60,045 nt of DNA from Candidatus Zambryskiibacteriota bacterium (GCA_009694965.1 SIBV01000002.1:1-60045), one strand, 5' to 3'; shown: positions 35,605 through 44,636, counted from the stretch's first letter. Translations and numbers: made by a program. Notes: a model not told the origin generated them from the sequence alone.

Positions 35605-35991
35605 CTAGAGATTGGCTCTCACTTCCTCAAGAAATTTATGCATCAAGGGAACTAGTGCCGTGGAACAATTTCGGACACCCGGACTCCTGGTAACGAGGAT
35701 ATCGTATGCAGGATTTGCGACTGGCAAGGAAATGAAGCTCGCCGTTTTCAAGCTTGAGTTCTTCTGCTTCATTCGCTCTGCGAACTCTTGAGATTTCCTG
35801 TGATTGCCGAAGATAAGGCCCGTTACAAGAAGTTGGAAACGGCCGGGCACAATCAGTTCTTCTGCCTGTGTCTCGCTTGCCACCACCTTGTAGTCGAGAC
35901 CGTCGGTGAACCGAGCCTGCCTCAAACTGGCCTTAGTATCTTTTGTGTCTCCACCGGAAGTAGTAAAGAGTATTACTCGAACCAGATCCAT
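35605..35991 (-). CDS. receiver-like (CheY-fold) protein lacking the phospho-acceptor Asp, paralog 1, GC-rich island F
   Basis: GGAGG SD 5 nt before the ATG at 35991. Beta-alpha repeat pattern with Thr where the receiver Asp would be. Confidence 0.6.
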   Translation of the reverse strand: MDLVRVILFTTSGGDTKDTKASLRQARFTDGLDYKVVASETQAEELIVPGRFQLLVTGLIFGNHRKSQEFAERMKQKNSSLKTASFISLPVANPAYDILVTRSPGVRNCSTALVPLMHKFLEEVRANL

Positions 35992-36132
35992 AGTCGCCTC
36001 CAGAAGCTATTACATCACATCTATTAAAAAAAGTAAATTCTATAAAAGCAGTCGTGCCGTCCATCCTCACAGCAAGCTGACGGGGTATTTCTCGAATAAA
36101 ACTTTAAGATTAGGATGTTGTTCGAGACTGAC

Positions 36133-36190
36133 AAAAAAATAATAGAAAAGGCCGGCACGCGAGTTGGAATCGCGCACCGGACTTTGGGCC
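36133..36190 (-). terminator. rho-independent terminator of the DksA/TraR-like gene
   Basis: Minus strand: ccggtgcgcga ttccaac tcgcgtgccgg (two G-U pairs), then ccttttctattattttttt. Confidence 0.6.
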
Positions 36191-36206
36191 TTGTGATAAA
36201 CATGCA

Positions 36207-36521
36207 CTAGTTAGGGCTAATGCCCTGAGACTTGTGAAGTTTCTGGCAACCTTTGCAACGAATGTACATGAAGTATTCATCGAGTCGATCTTCCTCAATT
36301 TCTTCATTACAGTCGTAGCAATAACCGTACTCACCACGCGCAAGTCGCTGTTGGGCGAGCTGGAGGTAAAACAGAAGCCCGTGCTTCATGTGCCCCCAAT
36401 ACGACTGGGGATGATCGAGTTCGGGCAGCGACGGTTTTTGTGCTTCTGCTTGTGCTAACTTGCACTCCAGCATTTCTCGGAGCACAGTTTGCCGAAGATT
36501 AAAACTCTGTGTCATAGTCAT
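36207..36521 (-). CDS. DksA/TraR-family C4 zinc-finger protein, GC-rich island F
   Basis: YGYCYDCNEEIEEDRL...RCKGCQ (CxxC-N17-CxxC). GGAGA SD 8 nt upstream of the ATG. Confidence 0.75.
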   Translation of the reverse strand: MTMTQSFNLRQTVLREMLECKLAQAEAQKPSLPELDHPQSYWGHMKHGLLFYLQLAQQRLARGEYGYCYDCNEEIEEDRLDEYFMYIRCKGCQKLHKSQGISPN

Positions 36522-36594
36522 AGCTCACGTCTCCTCTCTCTGAATGTGCATCTATCTTAATATTACATTTTATTTATCCAAAAACAAACTACTT

Positions 36595-37578
36595 CTACAA
36601 TTCAAAATTACACTTCTGGTGTTCTAAATTATTCAAAAACTTTTCGCAAAAACTGTCTTTCTCAGTACCCATCATAAAATCAAGCGCGAATAATTTTATT
36701 TTAAATGGAAAAAGCGTAAATGTTGCCCTACCATCTCTCCACTCTACACCAGCACCCAAACCAGTGGTTGTCTCTCCAAAGTTTTGATCAAAAACAAAAT
36801 TACCAAGAGAATAAAAGATTGCCTTACCTTTGTATGTTCTTACTGGCTGTATCACATGAGGATGGTGCCCGAAAATAACATCCGCACCACTGTCTATTAG
36901 TTTGTGGGCAATATTCCTCTGAGACTCCGACTCGACCAGCGCATACTCTGTTCCCCAATGGATATTCACCACAACATAATCATTCTCATTTTTAAGTTTT
37001 TCAATTAGACCGTAAAAACTAGAAACAGGTACAACTTGAACAGTCTCGTCAATTCCCACAAAAACCACTTTTTTATTATTTATAATCTTTACTATATAAC
37101 TCTTGTCCAAAACAGAGTCGCCTACGTAATCAATACCTGACTGAATTAAATACTTTTTCGTACTTTCAAAACCCGCCTTATAACAATCATAACTGTGATT
37201 ATTAGCAATACTCACCATGCTTATCCCAACACTTTTCAAAATATCTCCTGTATTACTCCTGAACTGGAAATTATAAGCTTTACTCTGACACAATCTTCTA
37301 TCCATCTCAACTATGGGACCTTCGAGGTTTGCAATAACCACATCAAACTTTTTTAGTATATCCAAATTCTTTTTTATGTATTCAAACGGGTCTCTTCCTC
37401 GGTTTTCCATGATATTCCTCACTCCTCGATCAAACATCACATCTCCAAAGTTCAAAACAGACACGCTTTGTGATATGGGCAATGCTTCCAAAACAACATC
37501 CTCAATTTTTTTGAAATTAAAAAAAATAAAAATTAGTAGCATAATGATGAATCCAAAAAATAAATGGATTTTATTCAT
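36595..37578 (-). CDS. CapA-family (PGA_cap metallophosphatase-like) protein with N-terminal TM anchor
   Basis: NLEGPI, ANNHSYD, HWGTEY and GHHPHV motifs. Confidence 0.85.
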   Translation of the reverse strand: MNKIHLFFGFIIMLLIFIFFNFKKIEDVVLEALPISQSVSVLNFGDVMFDRGVRNIMENRGRDPFEYIKKNLDILKKFDVVIANLEGPIVEMDRRLCQSKAYNFQFRSNTGDILKSVGISMVSIANNHSYDCYKAGFESTKKYLIQSGIDYVGDSVLDKSYIVKIINNKKVVFVGIDETVQVVPVSSFYGLIEKLKNENDYVVVNIHWGTEYALVESESQRNIAHKLIDSGADVIFGHHPHVIQPVRTYKGKAIFYSLGNFVFDQNFGETTTGLGAGVEWRDGRATFTLFPFKIKLFALDFMMGTEKDSFCEKFLNNLEHQKCNFEL

Positions 37579-37579
37579 T

Positions 37580-39247
37580 TTATTTATCTATAAATAGTCG
37601 AGCCAACCTTATCTTCAAATAACTTGGTTTTTTCTTCTGTTTTAAGAGTAAATTGTAAACTGGAGAGAGCGTGGTTGTTTCTGTTTTCTGGAATGCTTTC
37701 ATGATGTCTTCTAACTCACTTCGTTTCAGTTCCCTTTTCAAATAATCAATATCTGGGCAATTATTTTCAATTTTTAAATCTTCAATATGTGAAACGATTG
37801 TTTCCTCTTTTACTCCTCTAGCTTCTGCGATATCTTTGAGTGACACTTCGTGTTCAAGCATTCGACGTGTAATCTCTTGCGTTGAAACCTTGAGTTCCTT
37901 CTCTTTTTTCTTGATTTTTACTTTTTCTTCCGGCTCAATTTTCTTCATCCAGCGCGCCTGCTCTTCTTCAATATCCTCACGCGACATTTCTTTCAAATCG
38001 TTTACAGCATCTGTCGATTTATCCTGAAACTGCATATCCATTTCCAAAACTTCAGGATCAATTTGGAGCGACATATCGTTGAATCCTAGCAGCTTCATCC
38101 CGCCGAGTGACCTGACACGCGACAGGGCAACATAACCCATCCCTTTGGTAAACGCTTTCGACAAATCAACTTCCATAGCATCGAGAGACATGCCCTGACT
38201 TTTGTGAACTGTGATAGCCCAAGCCAAACGGAGCGGATACTGACTTATCTCAGCTTTCATTTTTCCATCTTCTTCTATCTTCCAAGATTGTTGTGAGACT
38301 GATAAATTCATTCCGCTGTTCGTCTCTACTATCGGGTCTCCAAAAGAATTAAAGTCCTTAACAATTCCCAATGTTCCATTTACATACATTCCTTCTGGAT
38401 GGTTTTTGGTAAACATGACTCGAGCACCCTTTTTCAAAACAAGTTTCTCAGGCGACAAACAACTTTTTATAAGGCTCTGTGCTAACCCTTGAGAGCCCTT
38501 CCATATCATTTGGTATGACTTCTCATCTGCCTTTATGAGGTCGAGGTGTCTCATATTCACGACATCCACATCGATGTTGTGAGTGTACAGCCTCGTTGAT
38601 TCACCGCCTGATTCTGGGTCTTTATTAAAACGGGTTTTGAGTAGCTCGATTGTATTTTTTGTCACTTTGTTTTGACGTATCTGATTCAAAATAGATAAAT
38701 AAGTATTATCTTTTTGGCGATGCTGTTCTGACAAATAACAAATAGTAAATTTGGACGCAAGCCAACTTTCTGATTTATACGCAAACTCTGATTCCAAAAC
38801 TTCTCCACGTGATACTGGAGGAAGCTGGAAAAAATCTCCACATACAATAATCTGCATTCCACCAAAAGGCTTTTCGTTATGCTTCATCTGCCTGCAAATC
38901 CACTCAATGAGGTCTAGCCGGAAATGATGCAGCATCGAGACTTCATCGATTATCAAAACTTTGGTTCTCTCGAATCTTTTATACAAATACTGTCGTTCCA
39001 TCAGTTCCTCGATGTCATAATCAGTTAGCACATCTCTAACTCCAATCCCTGACCAGGAGTGTATTGTCATGCCACCAATGTGCGTTGCTGCAATGCCCGT
39101 AGACGCTGTCACCGCGACATCGACGGCGTGTGACTTCAAAAATTTCACATATGCATTTAGTACATGAGTTTTTCCACTTCCCGCAGGGCCTGTTAGAAAA
39201 ACATTTTTTCCCAGCTTCAAAATATCGAGTGCTTCAGCTTGAGTCAT
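37580..39247 (-). CDS. Pif1/RecD-like SF1B helicase with C-terminal HTH region
   Basis: GPAGSGKTH, LIIDEVSML, CGDFFQLPPV, TVHKSQGMSLD, YVALSRVRS. Start at ATG 39247. Confidence 0.88.
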   Translation of the reverse strand: MTQAEALDILKLGKNVFLTGPAGSGKTHVLNAYVKFLKSHAVDVAVTASTGIAATHIGGMTIHSWSGIGVRDVLTDYDIEELMERQYLYKRFERTKVLIIDEVSMLHHFRLDLIEWICRQMKHNEKPFGGMQIIVCGDFFQLPPVSRGEVLESEFAYKSESWLASKFTICYLSEQHRQKDNTYLSILNQIRQNKVTKNTIELLKTRFNKDPESGGESTRLYTHNIDVDVVNMRHLDLIKADEKSYQMIWKGSQGLAQSLIKSCLSPEKLVLKKGARVMFTKNHPEGMYVNGTLGIVKDFNSFGDPIVETNSGMNLSVSQQSWKIEEDGKMKAEISQYPLRLAWAITVHKSQGMSLDAMEVDLSKAFTKGMGYVALSRVRSLGGMKLLGFNDMSLQIDPEVLEMDMQFQDKSTDAVNDLKEMSREDIEEEQARWMKKIEPEEKVKIKKKEKELKVSTQEITRRMLEHEVSLKDIAEARGVKEETIVSHIEDLKIENNCPDIDYLKRELKRSELEDIMKAFQKTETTTLSPVYNLLLKQKKKPSYLKIRLARLFIDK

Positions 39248-39333
39248 ACAATCAGTGTAACAAACAACCACACCCAAACAAAATCAAGGTAAATTATATT
39301 CCTCTGTGCATCCGTCTTTTTTCGAAACATAAC

Positions 39334-40044
39334 TTACCTTGATTTAATCTTCCAAGCTTCTATTTTTTTATGATTTCCTGACAACAATATTTTAGGTACT
39401 CTGTACTTCTTTTTTTTGTATTCAAATACTTCAGGCCGAGTATAAACATCATGACTCGAAATTCTAGACTCTTCAAGTGAATCGAAGTTCCCTAAAACGC
39501 CTTCTATTTGTCTAGCAACACAATCTAGTACAACCATCGCAGGCAATTCTCCGCCAGTTAGAACAAATGGTCCAACAGAAATATCTTCCATTTTGAAAAT
39601 CTTTTTTACTCTAGCGTCGATGCCTTCATACCTTCCGGATACCAAGATAATATCAGTAAATTTTTTGGCAGCATTCTTAGCATAAGTTGTATCAAACTGT
39701 TTTCCGGACGGAGAAAAGAAAACTATTTTAGTAGAAGTTGGAATTAAGAATTTAGAATTTAGTTTTTTAGAATTCTCTTTTTTATTCCTCATTCTTAATT
39801 CTCTCTTCTTGATTCTATCCAAAGCTTTTTCAATCGCTTTAACTGTAGGCAGTGCTTGAATTACCATCCCTGGTCCTCCGGCATAAGGTTTTTGATCTAC
39901 TCTTTTCCATTTATCATCGCTGTAGTCCCGAGGATTATAAAAGGAAACAGAAATTTTCTTGTCTTCTATCGCTCGTGAAATAATAGACTCATTTAGATAT
40001 GAGTCGAAGGCCCCCGGAAATAAAGTAATGATGTGAAATCTCAT
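39334..40044 (-). CDS. trmD: tRNA (guanine37-N1)-methyltransferase TrmD
   Basis: MRFHIITLFPGAF, GGPGMV, GRYEGIDAR, LTGGELPAM. Confidence 0.93.
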   Translation of the reverse strand: MRFHIITLFPGAFDSYLNESIISRAIEDKKISVSFYNPRDYSDDKWKRVDQKPYAGGPGMVIQALPTVKAIEKALDRIKKRELRMRNKKENSKKLNSKFLIPTSTKIVFFSPSGKQFDTTYAKNAAKKFTDIILVSGRYEGIDARVKKIFKMEDISVGPFVLTGGELPAMVVLDCVARQIEGVLGNFDSLEESRISSHDVYTRPEVFEYKKKKYRVPKILLSGNHKKIEAWKIKSR

Positions 40045-40061
40045 GTCGAATTTATAATATA

Positions 40062-40150
40062 GCGTATTTCTTTGTTGCAGTTCAAAAAATATTCCTCACC
40101 TTACAACTAAGTAAGGCTCGTCTTATTTTTCTCTTGCGCCTCGAACTACA
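40062..40150 (-). repeat. family-1 structured element, copy g (the only minus-oriented copy)
   Basis: Reverse complement reads AGTTCGAGGCGCAAGAGAAAAATAAGACGAG-CCTTAC-TTAGTT-GTAAGG-TGAGGAATATTTTTTGAACTGCAACAAAGAAATACGC. Confidence 0.75.
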
Positions 40151-40210
40151 TCTATATTATTAATTCTTAGTTCTTAGCCTTTAACTTATACCACAAAAAA
40201 TTGAATTAGT

Positions 40211-40234
40211 AAAAGGGCGCTTAAGCGCCCTTTT
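40211..40234. terminator. bidirectional hairpin terminator
   Basis: aaaagggcgc ttaa gcgccctttt. Confidence 0.7.
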
Positions 40235-40244
40235 AACCATTCGT

Positions 40245-40421
40245 CTAGAACACTTCCGTGTGAAGTGTTGGAGGTGCTGGTTCCGTCTTGCGCGGAGTCT
40301 CAACCTGAGATGCAGTCTCCCAGTCGCTCAGGAACCTGTGGCACTTTGGGCATTTTTGGTTCCCACTCCACATCCAGCTTTCTCCACAATTGCTACAGAC
40401 TATGACTGGTGGTATCGGCAT
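40245..40421 (-). CDS. 58-aa zinc-ribbon protein (CxxC...CxxC) with Pro-rich tail, GC-rich island G
   Basis: GGGAGGTG SD 4 nt before the ATG at 40421. MPIPPVIVCSNCGESWMWSGNQKCPKCHRF... Confidence 0.6.
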   Translation of the reverse strand: MPIPPVIVCSNCGESWMWSGNQKCPKCHRFLSDWETASQVETPRKTEPAPPTLHTEVF

Positions 40422-40468
40422 GTGCACCTCCCTTTCCATATAAAATTATATCACGAAAATTTTTGTAT

Positions 40469-40496
40469 AAAAAAAGAGGGGTTTGCTGTCCCCCTC
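40469..40496 (-). terminator. rho-independent terminator of the 40518-40922 gene
   Basis: Minus strand: gagggg gacagcaaa cccctc ttttttt. Confidence 0.6.
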
Positions 40497-40517
40497 CCAA
40501 ACCGAACATCTAGACCG

Positions 40518-40922
40518 TCAGGCCGGCGCAGGAACGGCACCACGATGGATGTGGCCATCCGTCGGCACCTTGCGCCAGTCACCGATTTCCACGACCTTCC
40601 GTGACATCGGCAAACGAACGATCTTCTTCTGGGCACCACCGCCATCGTGTCCAGTCGGCGGATCGCCACCACCGCCCTTCTCGAACGCCCGCTCGAAGCG
40701 GAGGCTTTCGCGAAGGGAGATGGCCACAAAAAGGACCATCATCGTCACGGCCGTCATGGCAACGCCGAGACCGAAATCCAACCAGCTCATCGGATGAGTC
40801 TGGTTGTAGGCGATGTATTGTGCCGCCAGTGCCGGTGCCGCCTTCCATGCCATGTAACCCTTCAGGGAAGACAGCAGAACCACCACGAGGAGCGCAAGCG
40901 CCCTTTTCACACGATTGCTCAT
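40518..40922 (-). CDS. two-TM membrane protein with Gly/Pro-rich cytoplasmic tail (134 aa), GC-rich island G
   Basis: AGGAGG SD 5 nt before the ATG at 40922. Two hydrophobic helices. Several overlapping ORF-track calls here are high-GC artefacts. Confidence 0.6.
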   Translation of the reverse strand: MSNRVKRALALLVVVLLSSLKGYMAWKAAPALAAQYIAYNQTHPMSWLDFGLGVAMTAVTMMVLFVAISLRESLRFERAFEKGGGGDPPTGHDGGGAQKKIVRLPMSRKVVEIGDWRKVPTDGHIHRGAVPAPA

Positions 40923-41039
40923 CGGAACCTCCTAACCTAGCCATAACATATATATCAGAAAATGCAAGTCAAACAAAAAACACCCGTTTGGGAGTCTTCT
41001 GTTTATTTATCTAAATTTTTAAAACTATAATTTTGGATG

Positions 41040-41122
41040 AAGTTCAAGGCACGATGTTTTGTTTGCGACCAAGCTGTAGAATACTACTGCGCGTGGAGAA
41101 AACAAAACGAGCAACGCAGAAA
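41040..41122 (+). repeat. family-1 structured element, copy i
   Basis: AGTTCAAGGCACGATGTTTTGTTTGCGACC...GGAGAAAACAAAACGAGCAACGCAGAAATTCGCCAAAA. Confidence 0.7.
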
Positions 41123-41132
41123 TTCGCCAAAA

Positions 41133-41450
41133 TTAGAGTTTTAAGTCGTTCATGGCGTCATCGAGTGATTTGGTCGCACTAACCGGTCTAGCCTCTTGCA
41201 TCCCTCCTGCCGGCTCATTTATTTTCAAATTTACTCTTGCGTTGTTCTTCATGCCAACCACTCGAAGTAATGTTCTGATCGCTTTCGCTGTGTTTCCCTC
41301 GCGTCCTATGATTTTACCCATATCGTCTCGATGAACATCTAGTGTCATCAGAACTCCCATCTCATCTACCGTTCTAGTAATCTTTACATCGTCAGGATTT
41401 TCAACAAGCGCTTTTACTACAAAATCTAAAAACTTTACATCATTTTCCAT
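41133..41450 (-). CDS. KH-domain RNA-binding protein (YlqC/UPF0109 type)
   Basis: ALVENPDDVKI...GKIIGREGNTAKAIRTLL. Conserved neighbour of rpsP. Confidence 0.85.
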   Translation of the reverse strand: MENDVKFLDFVVKALVENPDDVKITRTVDEMGVLMTLDVHRDDMGKIIGREGNTAKAIRTLLRVVGMKNNARVNLKINEPAGGMQEARPVSATKSLDDAMNDLKL

Positions 41451-41581
41451 GTTGGTATCTAATCAGTTAATTTTAATTCTTTTAGGGTCTACAACCGCCA
41501 TCAATCGGCTGCAGTCATACGACTACTGCTCGGCTATGCACGGTTGCATTATAATTGTAATAACAAAAAACGGATGAGTCA

Positions 41582-41653
41582 ACCCGGTAGTGAATTTTGG
41601 CATCGACTTCGTCAGTACGAAATGTCGTGCAATGCCAAAATCTACTACTGGGT
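41582..41653. repeat. H-family hairpin, copy H3
   Basis: acccggtagtgaattttggcat ... atgccaaaatctactactgggt, a ~21-bp stem immediately 3' of the rpsP stop. Confidence 0.7.
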
Positions 41654-41661
41654 CAACAAGC

Positions 41662-42117
41662 CTATGCAACTGGTTCCTTAGTAACTTCTGGAGCAGGTGA
41701 AACTTCTGCAGGAGTCTCAGTAGGTTCCTGTGTAGGAGTTTCAATTGGAGCTTCGACAACTTCTGGGAACTCTTCCTTTGTTTCTATTTTTGAAGATTCA
41801 ACTACCTTTGGAGCCTCCTCAGCTGGAGCATCCTTAACAATAGCTTTTTGCAAAGGAAGTGCGTTAAGTTTCTTTCCTGTTGTAATTTTCTTCGTTATAA
41901 GTAAATTGTGAACAGTTGTTGATGTTTGAGCCCCCTGCTTCATCCAGTGTGTAATTCTGTCTGCTTTAAATGTTGAAACCTCTCCTCTTCTCGCGTCATA
42001 GTTTCCTAGATTTTCTAGATATTTACCGCTTTTTGTTCCATTCTTTGAGTCGGTCAAAACAAGGCGAAATGTTGGCTCTGCCTTGCGTCCTACTCTTTGT
42101 AATCGTATTTTTAACAT
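41662..42117 (-). CDS. rpsP: 30S ribosomal protein S16 with Glu/Pro/Thr-rich C-terminal extension
   Basis: MLKIRLQRVGRK...FRLV. Start moved to ATG 42117 because the longer ORF runs through hairpin H4. Confidence 0.9.
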   Translation of the reverse strand: MLKIRLQRVGRKAEPTFRLVLTDSKNGTKSGKYLENLGNYDARRGEVSTFKADRITHWMKQGAQTSTTVHNLLITKKITTGKKLNALPLQKAIVKDAPAEEAPKVVESSKIETKEEFPEVVEAPIETPTQEPTETPAEVSPAPEVTKEPVA

Positions 42118-42153
42118 GTTCGCAATTGTAGCAGAACAAGAAGAATGGGTCAA

Positions 42154-42223
42154 CCCGGTAGTAGAAATCAGTTTCATAGATAGTTAACATGTCACGAAAG
42201 TTAAAAACTGATTTCACTACCGG
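42154..42223. repeat. H-family hairpin, copy H4
   Basis: cccggtagtagaaatcagttt ... aaactgatttcactaccgg. Confidence 0.7.
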
Positions 42224-42229
42224 ACTAGT

Positions 42230-42300
42230 CCAGTAGTGAGAAGAGCCTTATAACTTTTTCATAATTCTAAGCCTCAAGAATGCTCTTCTCTACTACTGGG
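42230..42300. repeat. H-family hairpin, copy H5
   Basis: ccagtagtgagaagagc ... gctcttctctactactggg. Confidence 0.7.
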
Positions 42301-42312
42301 TTATCTGTTACA

Positions 42313-44238
42313 ATGGCCAATATGAAAGACGAAAATCTCCAAGGTTCTATCAGTATAAGCTCAAAAGGCGTAGGATATTTTGATATAGAAGGCAGAGATG
42401 ACAGCATAGAAATCCAACCTCAATACGTAAACAGAGCACTTCACGGTGATACCGTAGAAGTTGTTTTGACCAATGAAAAAATCCGAAATCGTGATCAGGG
42501 AAAAGTGGTGAGGGTAATTAAGAGAGCCAGGGATGAGTTCGTGGGAGTTATGATGGTGAAAGACGGTAAGACTTTTGTGTCCCCTGACGATAAGAGATTG
42601 TATGTAGATATTCCCCTTTTGGACGGAGAAGTTGCAGAAGCTGGGAACAAAGTTCTGGTAAAGATTGTTGATTGGGAAACATTGTCTGGTAAAATCGTAA
42701 AAGTGATAGGTAAAAAGGGCGAGAACAATACAGAAATGGAGTCGATTGTTTTGGAAAAGGGTTTTCGTATTGAATTCCCTCATGCTGTTGAAGAAGAGGC
42801 AGAAAAAATAAAACAAGAATACGTTAAAAATTTTGATGTAGAAGTAAAAAAACGAAAAGATATGCGGGGCATTACCACGATCACTATAGATCCTGATACC
42901 GCAAAAGATTTTGATGATGCAATATCGTTTCAAGATTTAGGTGACAACAAATATGAAATCGGTGTGCATATTGCTGATGTGTCCCACTTTGTTACCCCAG
43001 GGACAGAGCTTGATCGTGAATCTGAAAAGCGTGGACTTTCTGTTTATCTCGTAGATAGAACTATACCCATGCTTCCTGAGGTTCTTTCAAACGACCTATG
43101 TTCTCTAAACGCACACGAAGATAAGTTTACTTTTTCAGCTGTTTTCACCATGACAGGAGATGGAGAAGTCCTAACAGAATGGTTTGGAAGGACAGTCACT
43201 CACAGTGACAGACGCTTCACTTATGAGGACGCTCAGGAAGTGATAGACGGCAAACAGGACGGCCCATACCAAGAGGAGCTCCGAACACTCAGAAATATTG
43301 CGCAGAAACTGGAAAAGAAAAAAGTTCAGAGCGGTGCGATGGTTTTTGAAACTGACGAAGTGAAATTCCTTCTAGACGAAACGGGAAAGCCAATCAAAGT
43401 CTATAAGAAAAGTAGATTGGAAACTCACAAACTAGTAGAGGAGTTTATGCTTCTTGCGAACAGAGCTGTAGCAAAGTTTATTTATGATTCACAAATTAAA
43501 GATCTCAAAAAGAAGGGTTCTCAGTCTGTTTACAGAATTCACCCCGCTCCGGACGTAGATAGAATCCAAAGTTTAGCAGTATTTATGAAAGCAATTGGTT
43601 TTGAGTTAAAAAATAAAGATGGAAAAGTTACCTCACGTGACCTCAACGAACTCTTAGCACAAGCAAAAGGAACACCGAACGAGGACCTCATAAACACTGC
43701 AACGGTCCGCAGTATGGCGAAAGCGATTTACTCCACCAAGAATATCGGTCATTTCAGTTTGGCTTTTACATATTACACACACTTCACTTCTCCTATCAGA
43801 AGATATCCTGATGTTTTGGTTCACAGATTTCTAGAGCGTGAATTAAATGGAGGCAAAATTGAAATTGATGAATATTCGAAATTTGAAAGAATCTGCCTAG
43901 CTTCATCAGAATTAGAGAAAAAAGCCTCCGACGCAGAGCGTGCTTCCATCAAATACAAACAGGTTGAATACATGATGGATCATATTGGAGAAACTTTCCC
44001 TGGAACAATCACCGGTGTTACTGAATGGGGCATCTATGTCGAGGAGAAAGAAACCAAATGCGAAGGCATGATAAAAATCAGAGACTTGGGTGATGACTTC
44101 TATCAGTTAGATGAAAAGAACTACACAATAAGAGGCGAGAAAACTGGCAAGAAATTTACTCTAGGTGACTCAATCAAATTCAAAGTTGTTTCTGCTGACA
44201 TGGAAAAACGAGTTTTAGACTACGGAATTGTGAACTAA
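42313..44238 (+). CDS. rnr: ribonuclease R (RNB family exoribonuclease with C-terminal S1 domain)
   Basis: TIDPDTAKDFDDA, HFTSPIRRYPD, S1-like C-terminus. Start at ATG 42313, after hairpin H5. Confidence 0.9.
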   Translation: MANMKDENLQGSISISSKGVGYFDIEGRDDSIEIQPQYVNRALHGDTVEVVLTNEKIRNRDQGKVVRVIKRARDEFVGVMMVKDGKTFVSPDDKRLYVDIPLLDGEVAEAGNKVLVKIVDWETLSGKIVKVIGKKGENNTEMESIVLEKGFRIEFPHAVEEEAEKIKQEYVKNFDVEVKKRKDMRGITTITIDPDTAKDFDDAISFQDLGDNKYEIGVHIADVSHFVTPGTELDRESEKRGLSVYLVDRTIPMLPEVLSNDLCSLNAHEDKFTFSAVFTMTGDGEVLTEWFGRTVTHSDRRFTYEDAQEVIDGKQDGPYQEELRTLRNIAQKLEKKKVQSGAMVFETDEVKFLLDETGKPIKVYKKSRLETHKLVEEFMLLANRAVAKFIYDSQIKDLKKKGSQSVYRIHPAPDVDRIQSLAVFMKAIGFELKNKDGKVTSRDLNELLAQAKGTPNEDLINTATVRSMAKAIYSTKNIGHFSLAFTYYTHFTSPIRRYPDVLVHRFLERELNGGKIEIDEYSKFERICLASSELEKKASDAERASIKYKQVEYMMDHIGETFPGTITGVTEWGIYVEEKETKCEGMIKIRDLGDDFYQLDEKNYTIRGEKTGKKFTLGDSIKFKVVSADMEKRVLDYGIVN

Positions 44239-44246
44239 TTTTGTAT

Positions 44247-44278
44247 CAAAAAAGCCCGTGGTATATTCACACGGGCTA
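44247..44278. terminator. bidirectional hairpin terminator
   Basis: aaaaaagcccgtg gtatattca cacgggct between convergent genes. Confidence 0.6.
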
Positions 44279-44282
44279 TGTG

Positions 44283-44636
44283 CTAGAAGGTGTCATACTT
44301 GCTTGTGGGCAGGAAGTGGATTCTCTGCTCAATCGTGCTGAAGAAATCATGCCAGGAAATAAATCCCTGATCTGTCTTAACCACCAACTCTGGCTTGAAG
44401 CCAAAATTTAGTTCGATTGTTTTTTCCAAATCCAGAAGGATAGGAAGTGACAAAGTTTCGTGATCTTCGAAATAGACGATTTCCTGTCCACTGAGACTGA
44501 GAAACCTCATTATGAGTATATTTTCCTTCTTGATGAAGGGAAATATACTGTTTTTTTTATTGAGAGACACTTCCCTCACAGTTTCTGCTAGAACACCTTT
44601 CGTCGTCTCCCACCGAACACCCATAACCATAGTCAT
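44283..44636 (-). CDS. hypothetical protein (~115 aa), moderately GC-enriched unit J
   Basis: ORF with its own TTGACA-N17-TACAAT promoter. AAAGGA precedes three alternative ATGs, so the start is uncertain (44636 or 44630). Confidence 0.5.
   Translation of the reverse strand: MTMVMGVRWETTKGVLAETVREVSLNKKNSIFPFIKKENILIMRFLSLSGQEIVYFEDHETLSLPILLDLEKTIELNFGFKPELVVKTDQGFISWHDFFSTIEQRIHFLPTSKYDTF

Noticed and set aside
40260-41014. Six overlapping ORFs on both strands in island G.
   Set aside because: High GC suppresses stop codons in all frames. Only 40518-40922 and 40245-40421 have an SD, a plausible start and a terminator. The others are Arg/Pro/Gly-rich frame artefacts.
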